A stretch of 49,656 bases of DNA, from NCBI GenBank assembly GCA_049969615.1, contig JBMFOM010000002.1, forward strand, positions 1 to 49,656, given 5' to 3'. Source of the stretch: a candidate division WOR-3 bacterium (GTDB lineage: Bacteria > Hydrothermota > Hydrothermia > JBDRYB01). Positions within the stretch are counted from its first letter, which is position 1; the number at the start of each line of letters is the position of its first letter. The notes below the pieces were generated by a model, which saw only the letters and a list, made by a program, of their open reading frames with translations, did no database searches and was not told the origin of the DNA. Made by a program: the position numbers and the translations under genes. This document shows positions 19,893 to 28,034 of the stretch, piece after piece.

Positions 19893-20561
19893 TTATTCAG
19901 ACAAATGGTAATCCCAGAGCTCAGCCGTGGGCGAGGACACCGAATCCCCGTTCTCATCCCTCGCTACGATGCCGTTTCCCGGGCAAACCCAGGAGTAGGT
20001 CGTTATGGTCGTTATCAGGGTATCCCTGCTGTTCTTGAAGATGCTGTCCTCGTAATGGATGAGGAACGAGGGATTGAAATCCCCCGCGGGTAGCGAGAGC
20101 ATTACCGAATCCTCGGTCCGGCCCCATATGCTCAGGATGATCACATCCGTGGTGTCAAAGAACGGAGGAAAATCAATGCCGGAGACGCTGTCCTCGCCGA
20201 CCTTCCAGTGCTGTCCCGTGGTCAGGAATTCTGGCATGAGTATGCCCTCAATGGTCATGTATATGGGATCAATGGCAAAGTTGTATGCCATGTTCAGATT
20301 GCTGTCCGCGTAATAGACAATCGTTGTATCCTTGGTCCCCATGAGGTAGCCGAGGATCTTGTAGGCGTTGTGCCCATTGTATATGGTATCATCCAGGACG
20401 GTCGTGGTGTCAAACTTCGTCGTGTCAGCCACATCCCTGTATATCCACCAGCTTCCCACCGATAGGGGAATTGACTGCTGGGGCTCCGGTGGTTCTGGCG
20501 AAGGCTCCCTGTGGCACGAGGCCAGAAAGACCAAAACACATATGAGCGTGATGTTTCTCAT
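19893..20561 (-). CDS. Hypothetical lipoprotein
   Basis: 222 aa. Lipobox VFLASC. No recognisable domain. Confidence 0.6.
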   Translation of the reverse strand: MRNITLICVLVFLASCHREPSPEPPEPQQSIPLSVGSWWIYRDVADTTKFDTTTVLDDTIYNGHNAYKILGYLMGTKDTTIVYYADSNLNMAYNFAIDPIYMTIEGILMPEFLTTGQHWKVGEDSVSGIDFPPFFDTTDVIILSIWGRTEDSVMLSLPAGDFNPSFLIHYEDSIFKNSRDTLITTITTYSWVCPGNGIVARDENGDSVSSPTAELWDYHLSE

Positions 20562-20583
20562 ATCCCCTGTTCTTCAGGCCCCT

Positions 20584-21132
20584 TCACGGGACCGTTGTTC
20601 CGGACATAAAGGCCCTGGTCAGGTCATCATAATGTTTCCTGACTATCTCCATGTTGTGATCCGAAACAGGGTATTCAACCTTTGCCTTGGCTTCCATTGC
20701 CGCTATCTCTTTTTCCATGTTGGCCTTTATGTCAGGCGTCATTCCCGGAAGGCTCTTTTCCATCTCGGCCTTCATCTCCGCAACGGCCTTCTCCATCGCA
20801 CAGGCCGCGTAGGTCGCGGTTATCGCTCCAACAACGCGCAGGAACTCCGCGGTGGATCTGAATCCGGCCTCCTTTATGGCCTTCTTCTGATCCGGGGTGA
20901 ACTGGATAGACGCGAAGGTCGTGTATGGGTCCTTGGTCATCTGCTCGCCATCAATACCTTTTTGGACCTCGGCCATTACCTTGTCTATCTGGTTGAAGCT
21001 CTTGATGTAAAGGGCTATGTCGTCTTCTGTCAGCTGGTATGACCTTATGTCGTCTGCCGTTACCTTCTCTTCCCGGGCACAGCCGGAAAGCAATACAATC
21101 CCAATAACCGCTAGATATGCTGTTTTAAGCAT
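20584..21132 (-). CDS. Hypothetical helical lipoprotein (paralog of 21186..21809)
   Basis: 182 aa. Lipobox LLSGC. Shares blocks with its neighbour: DDIRSYQLTEDD / EEIKSYQLIEAD, DPYTTFASIQF / DPFGSMAKIKF, AEFLRV / ARFLNV, VSDHNMEIVRKHYDDL / VSQANLELLRKFFFDL. Confidence 0.65.
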   Translation of the reverse strand: MLKTAYLAVIGIVLLSGCAREEKVTADDIRSYQLTEDDIALYIKSFNQIDKVMAEVQKGIDGEQMTKDPYTTFASIQFTPDQKKAIKEAGFRSTAEFLRVVGAITATYAACAMEKAVAEMKAEMEKSLPGMTPDIKANMEKEIAAMEAKAKVEYPVSDHNMEIVRKHYDDLTRAFMSGTTVP

Positions 21133-21185
21133 TTCTCATCTCCTTTTGGCCAATAAGGCCTGATATTCCTTCTTCGTTTTACCCC

Positions 21186-21809
21186 TCAATCAAATGTCTC
21201 GTAATCCCCCGCCTGGATGAGGACTGGCGAGAGGTCAAAGAAGAACTTCCTCAGGAGCTCAAGATTGGCCTGTGAGACCTCTATCTGGGTGTATGGCTTG
21301 ATCGCCGCTATCTGGCCCTCGGCCGCCTGCTTCTGAGCTGTAAATTGCTCCTTCAGGGCCTGCGCGTCCTCTGGTTTTATCTTCTTCTCCCGGAGGCTTT
21401 TGTCAACAGAGGCCATCGCGTCGTCAAACCCCTTGATCTGAGCGTTGAGCTCCTTGACCTTGTCCTCGGCAAGTATCCTTATGATACCCAGCTTAACATT
21501 GGCATAGACATTCAAGAACCTGGCCAGATCGCCCTGGAAGTCAGTGTTCTTGAGGGCGTTGCCGGTTTCCCTGGGGAACTTTATCTTTGCCATTGAACCA
21601 AAGGGGTCCTCGCCTATCTGTCTCATGGTGGGTATCAGGTTCTTGAAGGTTGGGTTCACATCGCCATAGCACTTGGCGAACGCTCTCAGGTCAGCCTCTA
21701 TGAGCTGGTAGGATTTTATTTCCTCAGCGGAGGGTGTTTTTGTTCCACACCCTGCCAGGACAACGGCCAACACCGACAACAGACCTACAACAGCTTTTTT
21801 CAACAACAT
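21186..21809 (-). CDS. Hypothetical helical lipoprotein (paralog of 20584..21132)
   Basis: 207 aa. Lipobox VLAGC. Conserved blocks shared with the adjacent ORF. Confidence 0.65.
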   Translation of the reverse strand: MLLKKAVVGLLSVLAVVLAGCGTKTPSAEEIKSYQLIEADLRAFAKCYGDVNPTFKNLIPTMRQIGEDPFGSMAKIKFPRETGNALKNTDFQGDLARFLNVYANVKLGIIRILAEDKVKELNAQIKGFDDAMASVDKSLREKKIKPEDAQALKEQFTAQKQAAEGQIAAIKPYTQIEVSQANLELLRKFFFDLSPVLIQAGDYETFD

Positions 21810-21921
21810 TTCAAACCTCCTCTGTTTTCGCGCGAGGAATTATCAAGTAAGCCGCGGCGCCGGATCAAGTTTTAACCCTCAGTTCCAGGGGTCTCTATTT
21901 TTTGGATTCGTGCTGTTGAGT

Positions 21922-21950
21922 TTGAACCGGTTTTCGCGCCCGGTTTAAAC
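21922..21950 (+). promoter_or_regulatory. Putative promoter of the GT28-type glycosyltransferase gene
   Basis: TTGAAC (21922-21927), 17-nt spacer, TTAAAC (21945-21950). The TTG start lies 7 nt downstream. Confidence 0.35.
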
Positions 21951-21957
21951 TTTCGCC

Positions 21958-23046
21958 TTGCGCCTCATAGTCTCCTCAATGGCCTATGGCTCCGGCCACA
22001 CCATGGCCGCGATGGCACTAGCCGAGGCCTTTTCGGCCATCTCGCCGGATAGCGAGGTGATTCAGTTTGACACTATATTGAATTCCAGTTGTCCCCTGGA
22101 ACGTTTTCCTCCTTCGTTTTACATCTTCACCAACAAACACGCGCACTGGCTCTGGCGAGCGCTATACTATTGGCCACCATTCAGAAGCAGGCTTTCCGAG
22201 AGCATGATGGACGCGCTGTTTTGCAGTTCCAACATCCCGAAGCTCAAGGCACTTTTGCCTGATGCCGTTGTATCAACCCATATTTGTGTGACCAGGGCTT
22301 CCGTAAGGCTCGGCGCACCTACATTCGCTGTGGTTACCGATTATGTCTATCATCCCTTCCTCTTTTCGGATAAGGCTTGCGCCTATTTCGTCGCCTCGGA
22401 GGAGATACGCGACGCCATTGTAGCAAGGGGTTTTTCGAGGGAGAGGATACACCTCACGGGGATCCCAATACGAAAGATGTTCTGGGAGCCTCCACCTTGT
22501 CCTGATTCCAGGGCAAAGCTCGGCCTGCCTATGGACGAGAAGATTGTTCTCCTCATGTCCGGTAACCAGGGCGTTACACCTGTTGGTAGGATAGCCCGCG
22601 TGCTACAGGGTTCCGGTGCTTTCCTGCTGGTGGTCACCGGAAAGAATGAGCGCATGAGAAGGCGCATGGAGAAACTCTTTCAGAGGCAGGGCATAAACGG
22701 AAAGGTCTTCGGCGTGTTCCTGGACATGGCAGAGCTGTTGTGCGCCTGCGATATCATCGTTACAAAGGGCGGCGGTATAATAAGCTCGGAGTGCCTGGCC
22801 TCGGGCCTACCCATGGTCTTCTACGATTCCATACCCGGCCAGGAGGAAGGAAATGCCCGCATAATCTCTGATTGGGGGGCCGGCGTCAGGGCGAGGAGCG
22901 CCCGCGAGGCCGCGGAGCTTGTGGTAGAGATAATCTCTGACCAGACCAGGCTGGACCGGATGAAAAGTGTCGCCAGGGAACACGGCAGGCCAAGGGCCGC
23001 GCTGGACATAGCGGAGAGGGTTCTCGGATACCTTCAGAAATCCTAA
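21958..23046 (+). CDS. Glycosyltransferase, MGDG-synthase/UgtP-like (GT28-type)
   Basis: 362 aa. N-terminal G-rich loop (SSMAYGSGHTMAAMALAEAF) and C-terminal nucleotide-sugar binding region (VTKGGGIISSECLASGLPMV ... IPGQEEGNA). Confidence 0.75.
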   Translation: MRLIVSSMAYGSGHTMAAMALAEAFSAISPDSEVIQFDTILNSSCPLERFPPSFYIFTNKHAHWLWRALYYWPPFRSRLSESMMDALFCSSNIPKLKALLPDAVVSTHICVTRASVRLGAPTFAVVTDYVYHPFLFSDKACAYFVASEEIRDAIVARGFSRERIHLTGIPIRKMFWEPPPCPDSRAKLGLPMDEKIVLLMSGNQGVTPVGRIARVLQGSGAFLLVVTGKNERMRRRMEKLFQRQGINGKVFGVFLDMAELLCACDIIVTKGGGIISSECLASGLPMVFYDSIPGQEEGNARIISDWGAGVRARSAREAAELVVEIISDQTRLDRMKSVAREHGRPRAALDIAERVLGYLQKS

Positions 23047-23127
23047 ACGGGTAAAAAGAGACGGTCGTTCAGGATTGCGCTGACTCGTGGTTTCCCATTA
23101 TCCTTACGGACTAACGGAGGATAAGAG

Positions 23128-24192
23128 ATGTTGAGAAAACTTTTCACTATAGCCGCGCTGGTCTCTGCCGCGGGAGCCACATACACCAGGGTCCTCACCC
23201 TGGGTGGTTTCGGCGACTACCTCGTGGACGACGGCAATACCGAGATATATCCCACCCAGGCCTATTTCTTCCCCAATACGGTCGTTGGCGAGCTAGGAAC
23301 CGGAGATTTCAAGAAGGGGCTTTTCCGGCTCAACCTTGAGGTAGGGGACGAGGCGAGGTTCGGCATGTTCTTTCTGGCTCCGAACAAGTCCCCCGGTGGC
23401 CCCTTATCCTGGCGCCTCCCTTCCCGTTATGCCCCTGACCCCGGCGCGGAGGCCGGCTACTTCAAGAACCTGGGAAACCTCCTTTTGGGAATTCACGCGG
23501 GCTACATGGGCATGTATGTCTCGGATCCGGATGATGATGTCCTCAAGAGGAGCGACCTGATCTACGGCAGGTTCGGGATAGGTTGGCTTGTTGAGGGTCT
23601 GCCAACCGAGGTCTCGTTCTCGTATGCCTCAATAACCGGCAGGAACGACTCCGCGAGCGCGGTCATGGACGCTGGCAACGCCATAGAGTTTCACGCCAGG
23701 AGCCTCTGGCCCATATCGGATCAGACCGCTATGGTCATATCCCTCTACTACTACGACGACGACCTCTCGGACAACCTTCATACCTCCAACACCTACACCG
23801 AGTTCGGCGCGAGCTATGGCTTCAACACCACCCCGGTTTCCGGCTACACCATACTCGCTGGCCTGAACTACTGGGGATACGACGAATCCGCGACCGGGAC
23901 GACCTTTGAGGGCATTTCCGGGAGCGTGGGCCTTGAGGCTATGCTGACCAGGTTCCTCGTCTTCAGGATGGGCGCGAACAAATACCTCTGGGGCGCTGAG
24001 GAATCCGGTGAATCAAGGAAATCCGTGGTCCCCTTCTTCTACAACTTCGGCCTCGGTGTAAAGGTGGAAGAGCTCCTGATAGACGGCTACATAAACAAGG
24101 AGATACTCTTTGAGGGCCCGTATTTCATAGGCGGCGAGGCTACCGGGCTCTTCGGCTCCGTTTCGGTCAAGTATCACTTCAAGACCTTTTAG
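23128..24192 (+). CDS. Putative outer-membrane beta-barrel protein
   Basis: 354 aa. Signal peptide (MLRKLFTIAALVSAAGA), alternating aromatic/Gly beta-strand pattern and a C-terminal ...KYHFKTF with terminal Phe. SD GGAGG upstream. Confidence 0.6.
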   Translation: MLRKLFTIAALVSAAGATYTRVLTLGGFGDYLVDDGNTEIYPTQAYFFPNTVVGELGTGDFKKGLFRLNLEVGDEARFGMFFLAPNKSPGGPLSWRLPSRYAPDPGAEAGYFKNLGNLLLGIHAGYMGMYVSDPDDDVLKRSDLIYGRFGIGWLVEGLPTEVSFSYASITGRNDSASAVMDAGNAIEFHARSLWPISDQTAMVISLYYYDDDLSDNLHTSNTYTEFGASYGFNTTPVSGYTILAGLNYWGYDESATGTTFEGISGSVGLEAMLTRFLVFRMGANKYLWGAEESGESRKSVVPFFYNFGLGVKVEELLIDGYINKEILFEGPYFIGGEATGLFGSVSVKYHFKTF

Positions 24193-24207
24193 GGGACCCC
24201 TCGCGTC

Positions 24208-25650
24208 ATGCCGGGTTGGATATTCTCGGAGATTGACGCGCTCCTTATCTCCAGAGAGATAGCCGCGGCCTTCGCCGGCTCGTTCGTCTCGGATGTCCTG
24301 GGCATGGGCGATGAGCTCACCGTCTCGTTCAAAGGCAGGTCCATCTACATAAAGGCCAGGCCGCCGGGAGCGAGGGTCCACGGGATATGGCGTGAGCCTG
24401 ATCTCCCTCGCCACTACTGGAGGAGATTCCTCCGGGGCGCGAGATTCCTCATAGCTGAGAGCAGGGAAGGGGAGAGGATAGTTGACCTTGAGTTTGAGAG
24501 GAGGGATCCGCTGGGGCAGGTCAGTAGGATGATTCTCGTCGCGGAGCTGACCGGGAGATACGGGAACGCAGTTCTGGTTGACGGGAAAGGCACAGTTGTT
24601 GATGCTTTGATTAGGGTAATGCCTGGCCAATCAAGGGCTAGAGTCGTCTTGCCCGGCAGGCCCTATATTCCTCCGCCGCCAAAGCAAAGGAATGCCCTCA
24701 GCCTTGAGGGCCAGGAGCTCCTTGATTACCTTGATAAATATGCGCCGCATGTTGCTTGCGAGATAAAGAACAGCAGGCTTTTGCCCCATAAAGCTCTCAT
24801 GGCTTATCTCTCAGGGGCCACATCATCCCCTTCTCCAAAGCTTTATCTGAGGGATGGCGAACCCGTGTTCCCAGCGCCGGTGGAGCACGCCGTGGACGCT
24901 GAGGCCCTTGAGTTTCCCAATTACTCCGAGGCCGTGGACGCGTTCTTCAGGCTCACGGCGCCTGCAAATGCCGGAACCTCCACGGATGACGCCGGGGATA
25001 AAAGGCGCAGAATGCTTGAGAAGAGGCTTGCTGAGGAGGAGGAGAGGGCCGACAGGTTTTACGCTATGGGCCAGGCCATCATGGCCAACCTCCACAGGAT
25101 AACCCACGGCGCCTCGGAGATCGTGGCTGGCGGCATCACGATTCCCCTTAACCCAAAGCTGAGCCCTGGCCAGAACGCTGAACGCTACTTTGAAAGATAC
25201 AAGAGGGCAAAACGCGGGGCCGCTAAACTGAGGAAACTCCTTGCCGAGGGCGTGCCACAGCTTGGGCCTACACCGGCAGAGGGAGCCGAGCCAGAGCCTC
25301 CCGGCCCGCCGTGGCTGGAATTTAAAACCCCATCCGGTTTTACCGTCCTGGTCGGAAAATCAGCCAAGAGCAACTACATAATAACCTTTGAGATAGCCAG
25401 GCCCCACGACCTTTTTTTCCATGTGAAGGATTCCCCCGGAGCGCATGTAATCCTTAGGACACACGGCCGCGATGTCCCGGAGGAGGACATCCTGTTCGCG
25501 GCCCGTCTCGCGCTTGAACACTCCAGGGCCGGGCCTGGCGGAAAGGGTTTCGTCTCCTGTACAGAAAAGCGATATGTGATTAGGCCCAGGGGCGTCAAGG
25601 CCGGCGCGGTGGTTTTGCTCAGGGAAAGGGTTATTGGGGTAAGGGTCTAG
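24208..25650 (+). CDS. rqcH: NFACT-family protein (RqcH / FbpA-like ribosome quality-control factor)
   Basis: 480 aa. NFACT-N block (IVDLEFERRDPLGQ ... LVAELTGRYGNAVLVDGKGTVVDAL), coiled-coil middle and NFACT-R/DUF814 block (FFHVKDSPGAHVILR). Confidence 0.75.
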   Translation: MPGWIFSEIDALLISREIAAAFAGSFVSDVLGMGDELTVSFKGRSIYIKARPPGARVHGIWREPDLPRHYWRRFLRGARFLIAESREGERIVDLEFERRDPLGQVSRMILVAELTGRYGNAVLVDGKGTVVDALIRVMPGQSRARVVLPGRPYIPPPPKQRNALSLEGQELLDYLDKYAPHVACEIKNSRLLPHKALMAYLSGATSSPSPKLYLRDGEPVFPAPVEHAVDAEALEFPNYSEAVDAFFRLTAPANAGTSTDDAGDKRRRMLEKRLAEEEERADRFYAMGQAIMANLHRITHGASEIVAGGITIPLNPKLSPGQNAERYFERYKRAKRGAAKLRKLLAEGVPQLGPTPAEGAEPEPPGPPWLEFKTPSGFTVLVGKSAKSNYIITFEIARPHDLFFHVKDSPGAHVILRTHGRDVPEEDILFAARLALEHSRAGPGGKGFVSCTEKRYVIRPRGVKAGAVVLLRERVIGVRV

Positions 25651-25744
25651 ATGTTACTCCCACAGAGATTCCCCCGCAAGGCACGCCGTTCGCCCAGAAT
25701 AAAAGAGCCGGCCTTCCGACCGGCCCTGTTTTTCGGAGAAATTG

Positions 25745-27535
25745 CTAGTTTCCGCCTTCCTTGGGTTTCTCCTGTCCGGTACCCTCTTTTGGCTTCTCCT
25801 CGGGTTTGCCTTTCTCGGCCTCAACTGGCTGGAGGAGGTATATCTCAACCCTGCGGTTGCCGGAGTCAGAACTGCCCGCCTTCTGGAACTCGGAATACCA
25901 ATCTATCCTTATCCTCTCGTCGGGTATATCATACTTGGAAGCGAGGTAGTCCTTGACGGCCTTGGCTCGCTTCTCGGAGAGGAGCTCGTTGTAGAACACC
26001 GAGCCGTGCTTGTCCGTGTGGCCCGTTATCACTATGATGGACGCGGGGTCATCCTTGAGGATCTTGCCGACCTTGTCCAGCTTGGCCTTGTCGCCTGACG
26101 CCAGGACAGCGCTCGCGGTCGCGAAGTTCACGGTCTCTATGAGCTTGGGCTCACGCACCATGGGCCTGCCGATGACTATCTTCACGAACTTCGGCTCGTA
26201 GAGGGCAACATCCATGTATTTCGTGAAATAGCCTTCCTTGGAGGCGGAGACCCAGTATGCGCCGGGCTTGAGGCTGATCTCAAACTCCGCGGAGCCGGAT
26301 GTCACCTCTTTGCTCTCCGGGCCAGCGAAAGCCACCTTCGCACCCTCAACAACGCCGGAGGTCAGGGAGTCTATGACTATTCCCTTTATGAGCACAGCGG
26401 CCGGATCCATGGCTAGCTCCACCATGTTCTGGGACCTGCGCTTGATGTTGACGAGGGAGTAGGTCTTCCTGTAGCCGTCTTTCTCCGCGACCAGGGTATA
26501 GACGCCCTCTGGCAAGTGCTTTATCCGGACTATTCCGTTGGTGTCGGACTCAAGGGTCATGTTGGCCTCAACGACCTTGACCTGGGCCTTGAGAGGTTCT
26601 TTTGTCCTTGAATCAAACACCTTGCCCATCACGCCGCCGCCTGGCATGAGCTCCTCGGTCTTGAACAGGGGGGTTATGAGGCCCACGCCAGCGACCACAT
26701 CGTAGTTCCACTCATAGTGGTTCTCGGGAATGTAATAGGTGGTGTTCAGGTTGATGCCGCCGAGAAGGGAAAGGCCGATGCCCTCAAATGGCCTGAACCG
26801 GAAAGCGGGAGTTATGAAGGCCTTGTCCTTCATGTCTGTCCCACCGAAATACTTGGCCTCAACGATGTAATCCATGTAGCGGGAAGATAGGACGAAAGCC
26901 ATCCCCATCCTGAGCGGGTCCTCGCGCTCTGGTATGCGGCCCGCGGGCACATAGCCACCGCCAGTGTAGTAGCCGGCGTTCAGGGCTATGCGGAAGGCGG
27001 TCAGGTCGTGGAGCTTGCCGAAGTCAAGCTCGGCCAGGAAAGAACCGCCATATATGAGCTGGCTGTCGGTTATCACATAGGTTCCCAGGCTGTCACCGCC
27101 TATGATGATGGGCGCGGTCTGACGCTCACCCGACGGCAGGGTCACGACACCCATTATGCCGGTTGTGAGCATTCCGGCCTTGAAGAGCCTTATCTTCATG
27201 CCTATGTCCGCGTCCGAGAATCCCCCTATGCTTTCCGAACCGGCTCCTGGCCACCACTCTATTCCCCTGAGTAGTGAGAATATCTCAAACCAGTTGGATG
27301 GGGTATAACATACGCCAACCCTTCCGTAGGCAAAATCCTCAACCTCGGACTCGCCCCAGCGGTTCTCATACTGCCAGAAGGTTCCCTCTATGTATCCCAG
27401 GTAGGCGCCCACCGTCAGGGAAGCTCGGTTCTCAAACCGCTCCATCACGAACGGCGACACCACATCATAGTATCCAGATGGCCCGAATGCCGAAGGATAG
27501 GCCACGGCCACGGTCAGTGCTATGCTACTTAACAT
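25745..27535 (-). CDS. OmpA-family outer-membrane protein: N-terminal barrel, two carboxypeptidase-regulatory-like domains, OmpA_C
   Basis: 596 aa. Signal peptide; two Ig-like modules (GKVFDSRTKEPLKAQVKV ... YTLVAEKDGY and GIVIDSLTSGVVEGAKVAF ... YWVSASKEGY). C-terminal peptidoglycan-binding OmpA motif (ITGHTDKHGSVFYNELLSEKRAKAVKDYL). K/E/P-rich tail. Confidence 0.8.
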   Translation of the reverse strand: MLSSIALTVAVAYPSAFGPSGYYDVVSPFVMERFENRASLTVGAYLGYIEGTFWQYENRWGESEVEDFAYGRVGVCYTPSNWFEIFSLLRGIEWWPGAGSESIGGFSDADIGMKIRLFKAGMLTTGIMGVVTLPSGERQTAPIIIGGDSLGTYVITDSQLIYGGSFLAELDFGKLHDLTAFRIALNAGYYTGGGYVPAGRIPEREDPLRMGMAFVLSSRYMDYIVEAKYFGGTDMKDKAFITPAFRFRPFEGIGLSLLGGINLNTTYYIPENHYEWNYDVVAGVGLITPLFKTEELMPGGGVMGKVFDSRTKEPLKAQVKVVEANMTLESDTNGIVRIKHLPEGVYTLVAEKDGYRKTYSLVNIKRRSQNMVELAMDPAAVLIKGIVIDSLTSGVVEGAKVAFAGPESKEVTSGSAEFEISLKPGAYWVSASKEGYFTKYMDVALYEPKFVKIVIGRPMVREPKLIETVNFATASAVLASGDKAKLDKVGKILKDDPASIIVITGHTDKHGSVFYNELLSEKRAKAVKDYLASKYDIPDERIRIDWYSEFQKAGSSDSGNRRVEIYLLQPVEAEKGKPEEKPKEGTGQEKPKEGGN

Positions 27536-27572
27536 CCTGTTCCTCCTTCATGGTTTTTAGTTTGGCCCAAAG

Positions 27573-27601
27573 TATAAAGTATATACATGGTCAAGGATCA
27601 A
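27573..27601 (-). promoter_or_regulatory. Putative promoter of the OmpA-family gene
   Basis: On the minus strand: TTGATC, 17-nt spacer, TTTATA, followed by a leader carrying an AAGGAGG SD before the ATG. Confidence 0.45.
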
Positions 27602-27669
27602 CCCCTCGCGCGTCCCTGGCTCAATCCATTTTCTCTGTGAATCCGAAACCTTCTCCCTGTGTGGATTGT

Positions 27670-27979
27670 ATGTGTCGGTCTGTCGGGCTAAAGCCCGAGC
27701 TGAGAGACGGGGACGGAGGGAACGGCGCCCCGTCTTATCCCTAGCGCAGGTTTTGGTTTGCGGCCGACCCGAAACCACTGAGATGATCGCTTGAAAGACT
27801 GCGCAGGAGGCGGGTTTCAAAAAACTGCTTCTGGCCATCTTTAACCCTTTTGACCCAGCGATCCGAAGAAATGTTCCCGGCCGGACCGAGGCGCGGGTTC
27901 CCCGGAACCGGACCGTTTCCCTTGGATAAAGTGCTCCTCCCCCAAACCAGTAAGTTATCGCTACTTTATCAGGGGTCCC
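27670..27979 (-). repeat. Intergenic repeat copy A (long form, inverted relative to copies B/C/D)
   Basis: The reverse complement aligns with D over GGGACCCCTGATAAAGTAGCGATAACTTACTGGTTTGGGGGAGGAGCACTTTATCCAAGGGAAAC. The hairpin module TCGGGCTAAAGCCCGA (27683-27698) and its flanks match the reverse complement of copy C 32822-32845. Confidence 0.7.
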
Positions 27980-27994
27980 CAGATACTCAAATAC

Positions 27995-28024
27995 ATGATC
28001 CTGGGCAAGAAATGGGTTTATAAT
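27995..28024 (+). promoter_or_regulatory. Promoter cassette upstream of tdh
   Basis: ATGATC CTGGGCAAGAAATGGGTT TATAAT. The ATG is 10 nt after the -10, and there is no SD. Confidence 0.55.
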
Positions 28025-28034
28025 AATATTCCCT

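Noticed and set aside
24013-24630. 205-aa minus-strand ORF; similar long antisense ORFs exist at 36315-36971, 42014-42697, 43396-44235, 46715-47344, 28296-28943 and 7756-8307
   Set aside because: All lie opposite ORFs with clear family motifs (RqcH, GT-C, CheC, TPR, FIST, Tdh, MutS2) and have low-complexity R/P/G/S-rich translations. They are artefacts of the open antisense frames common at this GC content.
25701-25740. Possible bidirectional intrinsic terminator between rqcH and the OmpA-family gene (GCCGG ... CCGGC followed by TGTTTTT, preceded by AATAAAAG)
   Set aside because: The stem is only about 5 bp with an 8-nt loop, which is too weak to call from sequence alone.
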